From IMG/VR virus record IMGVR_UViG_3300029319_005559: a DNA stretch of 64,000 nucleotides; one strand, 5' to 3'. The DNA is from an uncultured virus (IMG/VR IMGVR_UViG_3300029319_005559). Taxonomy: Duplodnaviria; Heunggongvirae; Uroviricota; Caudoviricetes. Below, piece after piece: positions 59,441 through 64,000 of the stretch (position 1 is the stretch's first letter; each line of letters opens with the position of its first letter). The position numbers and the translations under genes were made by a program. The notes under the pieces are model-generated. The model was not told the origin of the DNA, made no database searches, and worked only from the letters and a program-made list of their open reading frames with translations.

Positions 59441-60176
59441 TGTAAAGAATTATATTAGGTATAAAGAAGATGTCAAGCAAGCTATTGCAAATGTAGAATT
59501 AAAAGATTTTGTTGATTATACTAATGAAGAATTAAAAGTTATATTCTTACCGTTAGTTGAAAACATAGGTCGTAAGTTTGCTACATCGCAAGAAGCTTCA
59601 GGTGTTATGTCTATTATGGATATAATCCAAGAAGGTAGTTTACAGTTGTGTAAAGCTGTAGATAAAATAGATAAAGACAAATTAATTGAATCTGATGACG
59701 TAGAGAAAACATTAAAGTCTTTTCTAGCTAAACGTATTCGTGGCGGTATTAGACGCGAGATAGATCGTAATAGAGGCACGATGCGTATACCTGAACATAA
59801 GTTAAATGAAATGCGTAGTACTAAAGATGAAAAGATGGTACGTATGTTTTTTAACTCTATATTTCTATCTTATGACGCTAAGCAAGAAGATGAAGATATG
59901 ATATACCAAATACCAGATAAAGCAGATCCATACAATGAAACTTTATTAAATGCTTATATAATGAGTTTACTTAACAAACATCTTGAATGGAATGAAATGT
60001 TTGTATTAAGCAAAAGCTATGGTCTTGATGGTCCTAAATGGAATGCTAAAGAAATAGCTAAAGCTTTAGACATACAAGGAGTGTCTGCATATGTAAGAGT
60101 TTCAGAGCTTAAAAAGCAAGCTGTTGAAAAATTAATTGCTAATGTAGACCACTCACAAGTGCTTGATTATCTGTAA
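59427..60176 (+). CDS. Phage sigma-70-family RNA polymerase sigma factor
   Basis: Region 2: LPLVENIGRKF...DIIQEGSLQLCKAVDK...RIRGGIRREI..MRIP; region 4: YGLDG..NAKEIAKAL...RVSELKKQAVEKL. Confidence 0.85.
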   Translation: MKKYNVKNYIRYKEDVKQAIANVELKDFVDYTNEELKVIFLPLVENIGRKFATSQEASGVMSIMDIIQEGSLQLCKAVDKIDKDKLIESDDVEKTLKSFLAKRIRGGIRREIDRNRGTMRIPEHKLNEMRSTKDEKMVRMFFNSIFLSYDAKQEDEDMIYQIPDKADPYNETLLNAYIMSLLNKHLEWNEMFVLSKSYGLDGPKWNAKEIAKALDIQGVSAYVRVSELKKQAVEKLIANVDHSQVLDYL

Positions 60177-60198
60177 ATTAAACCAAAAACCTGTAATA
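60173..60198 (+). promoter_or_regulatory. Candidate promoter GTAAA-N15-GTAATA
   Basis: Overlaps the sigma gene stop; 8 nt before the ERF ATG. Confidence 0.5.
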
Positions 60199-60206
60199 AT
60201 AATTAT

Positions 60207-60728
60207 ATGACGTTAACCAAAAAATTAACCAAAATTCAAACAGAGTTTAAGTCGAAGAAAAGTAGATACAACTCATTTGGCAAGTATTATTTCCGATCTG
60301 CCGAAGACATCCTAGAAGCTACAAAACCCTTTTTAAAGGAGCTAAATGTTACAGTTACTGTTAACGAGGATTTAATTAGTTTTGATCCACCAGTTATGCA
60401 GGTCACTGCGTCTATATCTGATGGCAATGAAACAATTGAATCTAAAGCTGTAGTTGGTGTTGACTTAGATCAGAAAGGTATGCAAATGCCACAGCGATAT
60501 GGTGCAGCAAGTTCTTACGGCAAGAAGTATGCACTAGGTAATTTGTTCTTGATTGATGATACACAAGATGCAGATGCCACTAATAATCATGGTAAAGCAA
60601 AAGCTACAATAACAAACGCAGACTTTGCTAAAGCTAAAAAATATGTTAAGTCAGGCGGTAAAGTGGATGCTATAAAATCAAAATATAGTTTAACACAAGC
60701 GCAAGAGACTGAGCTACAATCGTTATGA
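60207..60728 (+). CDS. ERF-family single-strand annealing protein
   Basis: YFRSAEDILE and GAASSYGKKYALGNLFLIDD..DAD. Confidence 0.85.
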   Translation: MTLTKKLTKIQTEFKSKKSRYNSFGKYYFRSAEDILEATKPFLKELNVTVTVNEDLISFDPPVMQVTASISDGNETIESKAVVGVDLDQKGMQMPQRYGAASSYGKKYALGNLFLIDDTQDADATNNHGKAKATITNADFAKAKKYVKSGGKVDAIKSKYSLTQAQETELQSL

Positions 60729-61456
60729 CAACAGGTCAAATCATAGATAAATTAAGAGAAGATGAACATTACTATGGCGAATTTGGCTCTAAATTTCTCA
60801 GCAACAGTGATATCAAAACATTACTCAAGAATCCGCTGGGACTTAGAGAACCAAGTAAGACAACAGTACCCTTCCTAGTAGGCGGCTACTTTCATACTGC
60901 TATACTTGAACCAGATAAGTTGAAAAACTTTAAGGTTGTACAAGCTAGCACTAGAAATACTAAAGCTTACAAAGAAATATCTAATGGTGAATTATGTTTG
61001 TTAGAACATGAGGTTGATATGATTGAAACTCTTGTAGATAAGATTATGCAAAACAATGTATGTAGAGATCTTATACATGGTGACAATATAGATCATGAAG
61101 AACCAAGCATAACAGAATTATGTGGATTACAATGGAAAGGTAAAGCTGACATAGTTAATCATAATGAAAAGCTTATAATAGATTTAAAGACAACTAATGA
61201 TTTAGACGGCTTTAGATGGAACTCTAAGAAATATAATTATGATAGTCAAGCTTACATATACAAAGAGTTATTTGGTTATGAATTTGTATTCATAGCAATA
61301 GATAAAAATGACGGGCGTATAGGTTTGTTTGACTGCTCATCAGACTTTTATTTGTCTGGAAAAAACAAAGTCGAAAAAGCTGCTGAAGCTTACGACTTAT
61401 TTTACAACACGGAGGAGTTTGATCCTCAGCAATATTTTATAAACCAAACATTATAA
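60725..61456 (+). CDS. PD-(D/E)XK exonuclease (RecE/DUF3799-like)
   Basis: LSNS, FHTAILEP, KGKAD..IIDLKTT and YDSQAYIY. Confidence 0.8.
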   Translation: MTTGQIIDKLREDEHYYGEFGSKFLSNSDIKTLLKNPLGLREPSKTTVPFLVGGYFHTAILEPDKLKNFKVVQASTRNTKAYKEISNGELCLLEHEVDMIETLVDKIMQNNVCRDLIHGDNIDHEEPSITELCGLQWKGKADIVNHNEKLIIDLKTTNDLDGFRWNSKKYNYDSQAYIYKELFGYEFVFIAIDKNDGRIGLFDCSSDFYLSGKNKVEKAAEAYDLFYNTEEFDPQQYFINQTL

Positions 61457-61458
61457 CA

Positions 61459-61770
61459 ATGGCAGGAATAATAAAGGCTAGTATCAATTTAAATGCAATT
61501 GATAAAAGTAAGATAATAGAAGGTAAAAAAGGTAAATACTTGCCCATTACAATAACAGTTAATGATGAACCAGATCAGTTCGGTAATCAAGGACCTGTTT
61601 GTGTAGAACAAAGTAAGGAAGAAAGAGAAGCTAAAGTTCCAAAGACTTACTTAGGCAACGTTAAAGTTGTATGGACAAACGGTACGTTTCCCGAGAGAGT
61701 ACCATATGAAGGTGGAGCACCACAAGCAAAACCACAAACACAAAAAGTAGAAGAAGATCTACCATTTTAA
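61459..61770 (+). CDS. Putative single-stranded DNA-binding protein
   Basis: Small beta-rich protein with acidic EEDLPF tail, between the exonuclease and primase genes. Confidence 0.7.
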   Translation: MAGIIKASINLNAIDKSKIIEGKKGKYLPITITVNDEPDQFGNQGPVCVEQSKEEREAKVPKTYLGNVKVVWTNGTFPERVPYEGGAPQAKPQTQKVEEDLPF

Positions 61771-61783
61771 TTAAATAAAATAA

Positions 61784-63508
61784 ATGCAAGTCGAAGAAAT
61801 AGAAATAAATGGTTTTCAAATAGACCAATTTAATCAGCACGGCTTAGACGTAGGTAAATCGCAGGGGACTTGTCCCCTGTGTTCTTCTTCTAGGAAACCT
61901 GAGAATAGAAAAGCAAAGTGTGCTAGCTATGATTGGGAACGTGGTCTTGGTACTTGCCATAACTGTGATAGTACTTTTCAACTACACACATACAAACGTA
62001 AAGGTAAAGCTGAACGTGAGTATGTTATACCACCTGAGCTTAATTCTCAGAAAATTAGTAATAAGCCAAAAGACAAAACATTAGATTGGTTTAAAACTAG
62101 AGGTATATCTAAAGATACGTTAGATGAACTAAAAGTTAGTGTAGGTAAAGAATATATGCCACAGACCGGTAAAACCGAGAATACTATTCAGTTCAACTAT
62201 TATGTTGGTGGACAACTTACTAATATAAAATACCGTGATGCGCGTAAAAACTTTAAGTTATATAAAGGCGCTGAAAAAGTATTTTATAACATAGATAACA
62301 TTGTAGGTCACGATACTTGTATTATAGTTGAAGGCGAAATGGATGTGTTAGCTTTACATGAAGCTAATATACCTAACGCTATATCAGTACCTAATGGTGC
62401 TACATTAAACAGTAACAACTTAGATTATTTAGATAATTGCATTGACTACTTTGAAGATAAGAAAAAGATAATCATTGCAGTTGATAATGATCCACCAGGT
62501 CAAGCGCTACAAGCAGAACTTGTACGTAGACTAGGTGCTGAAACCTGTTACTTAGCTACATTTGATGATTGTAAAGATGCTAATGAGTATCTATTAAAGT
62601 ACTCAGCTAAAGAGCTATTGTCACGTATAACAAATGCAAAACCAGTACCTCTTGAAAATGTTACAACGTTTAGAGATATTGAAGATGAGGTTACTGACTT
62701 TGTACGTAATGGTTTTAAGAAAGGTTTTCAAATAGGTTTATCTAACTTTGACAACATATTCTCTACATACACAGGACAATTTATAACAGTAACTGGTATA
62801 CCTAGTTCAGGTAAATCGGACTTTGTAGATCAAATGGTTGTAGGTTATAATAAAGAGTATGGTTGGAAAACAGCATTTGCTTCACCTGAAAATGCTCCTA
62901 CATATTTACACGCACATAAGTTAATGCGTAAAGTATGGGGTGACATGCCTAACAAAGGCGATATCGGCGGTGACAAATGGAATAAAGTTGCAGATCATGT
63001 TAACAACAACTTTTTCTTTATTGATATGGAACGTTATACACTTGAGTCTGTACTACGTAAGGGTGCAGAGCTTGTAAAGCGTAAAGGTATTAAATGCCTT
63101 GTTATAGATCCATTTAATAAAGTTAGAGATGTTGACTGCTCTACTGAAGATGTAAACCGTTACACAATGGAATACTTAACAAAGATAGAAACGTTTGCAA
63201 AGAAATATGATGTGTTAGTATTTATAGTGGCTCATCCAACTAAAATGTATAAAAACAGTGAAGGCCAAATTGAAGAGCCTACAATGTACAATATTAAAGG
63301 TGGTGGTGAATGGTACGATGCTAGTTATCATGGCTTGTTAGTACATAGAGACTATGAAGCTAAAACAACAAAGGTTAAAGTTCTTAAAGTTAAGTTTCAA
63401 AACTTAGGTGAGAACGGAGCCGAAGCTTTCTTTACATGGGAACCTAGATCAGGTTGCTTTGTACCTCATGTCATGCCTGACTTAGAGGAAAAGATGCCAT
63501 GGGAATAA
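61784..63508 (+). CDS. Primase-helicase (T7 gp4/Twinkle-like)
   Basis: Zn finger CPLC...CHNC; TOPRIM VEGEMD and DND; SF4 helicase GIPSSGKS, VIDP and VAHP. Confidence 0.92.
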   Translation: MQVEEIEINGFQIDQFNQHGLDVGKSQGTCPLCSSSRKPENRKAKCASYDWERGLGTCHNCDSTFQLHTYKRKGKAEREYVIPPELNSQKISNKPKDKTLDWFKTRGISKDTLDELKVSVGKEYMPQTGKTENTIQFNYYVGGQLTNIKYRDARKNFKLYKGAEKVFYNIDNIVGHDTCIIVEGEMDVLALHEANIPNAISVPNGATLNSNNLDYLDNCIDYFEDKKKIIIAVDNDPPGQALQAELVRRLGAETCYLATFDDCKDANEYLLKYSAKELLSRITNAKPVPLENVTTFRDIEDEVTDFVRNGFKKGFQIGLSNFDNIFSTYTGQFITVTGIPSSGKSDFVDQMVVGYNKEYGWKTAFASPENAPTYLHAHKLMRKVWGDMPNKGDIGGDKWNKVADHVNNNFFFIDMERYTLESVLRKGAELVKRKGIKCLVIDPFNKVRDVDCSTEDVNRYTMEYLTKIETFAKKYDVLVFIVAHPTKMYKNSEGQIEEPTMYNIKGGGEWYDASYHGLLVHRDYEAKTTKVKVLKVKFQNLGENGAEAFFTWEPRSGCFVPHVMPDLEEKMPWE

Positions 63509-63759
63509 AAAAGAAAGTAGAATGGAAAGCGCCATACTGGAGTAAATCAAATAGACAAGCTTATGTTTGGTGTGTTAACCATGGAATTAAAATATACGCC
63601 GTGCCTTGTTCACCAGGTTTTGAAAATAAAAACTGTTGGATAGAAGTTCAGGCAAACGGTAGAAAACAACGTAGTCCTAAGACGTATGGACCAAGTGAAC
63701 TATGGGATAAAGTCTTAGAGTTATATAAATTTTATTATGATAAAAACGTGGATAAATAA
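63499..63759 (+). CDS. Hypothetical protein
   Basis: Coupled ORF. Confidence 0.55.
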   Translation: MGIKKKVEWKAPYWSKSNRQAYVWCVNHGIKIYAVPCSPGFENKNCWIEVQANGRKQRSPKTYGPSELWDKVLELYKFYYDKNVDK

Positions 63760-64000
63760 ATTTAGAAATGCAGACTATGCTTTTGATTATTGGTATCAAA
63801 CAATAGAAAGATATGGCATAGACTTTGCAGGTACTAAAGCTTTATTTAATATTGGATTTGAAATGACACATCCAATGGAAAGATCTATATCATCTGAATA
63901 CAGAGGTTGGCGGCAAGACTATGCGTTTGCGGAGTGGGAATGGTATTTATCAGGTGATCGTAACATTAAAAAGCTAGGTGAATTATATGGTAAAGTTCCT
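63737..64000 (+). CDS. Thymidylate synthase-family protein, N-terminal part (3' truncated)
   Basis: Open frame MIKTWINKF...DYAFAEWEWYLSGDRN; the E..W...G motif is typical of ThyA and dNMP hydroxymethylases. Confidence 0.7.
   Translation, partial: MIKTWINKFRNADYAFDYWYQTIERYGIDFAGTKALFNIGFEMTHPMERSISSEYRGWRQDYAFAEWEWYLSGDRNIKKLGELYGKVP

Noticed and set aside
1..64000. Integrase, DGR, retron or anti-CRISPR locus
   Set aside because: No recombinase or reverse-transcriptase motifs and no template/variable repeat pair were recognised

Overview
AT-rich lytic dsDNA phage, most likely a podovirus infecting Bacteroidota (Flavobacteriia-like). The window probably covers most of a circularly permuted genome, since nucleotide-metabolism genes are cut at both ends. 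Minus strand, about 1.5-49.3 kb: morphogenesis block with terminase, portal, scaffold, major capsid protein, ring/nozzle tail proteins, ejected internal proteins including a 3247-aa polyprotein, fibres, lysis genes and GroEL/GroES. Plus strand, about 49.6-64 kb and 1-1.4 kb: many small early genes, then DNA ligase, a pyrimidine-dimer glycosylase-like protein, an HTH protein, a sigma-70-family factor, ERF recombinase, exonuclease, SSB, primase-helicase, a thymidylate-synthase-family gene and a class II RNR. Signals the ORF track does not explain: (1) GC-rich structured-RNA islands in the early region, namely two tRNA-like elements with no canonical anticodon arm (one with G3-U70/A73), a tandem duplicated multi-stem RNA with a compensatory base change, and a pseudoknotted leader; (2) two -1 frameshift signals in the internal-protein genes; (3) a nested basic 43-aa ORF inside the scaffold gene; (4) three families of cis motifs: an 8-copy 32-bp early promoter, a GTARA-N15-GTRATA promoter, and TGACA...TGTCA inverted repeats. 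All calls are by-eye motif recognition; no searches or folding programs were run.
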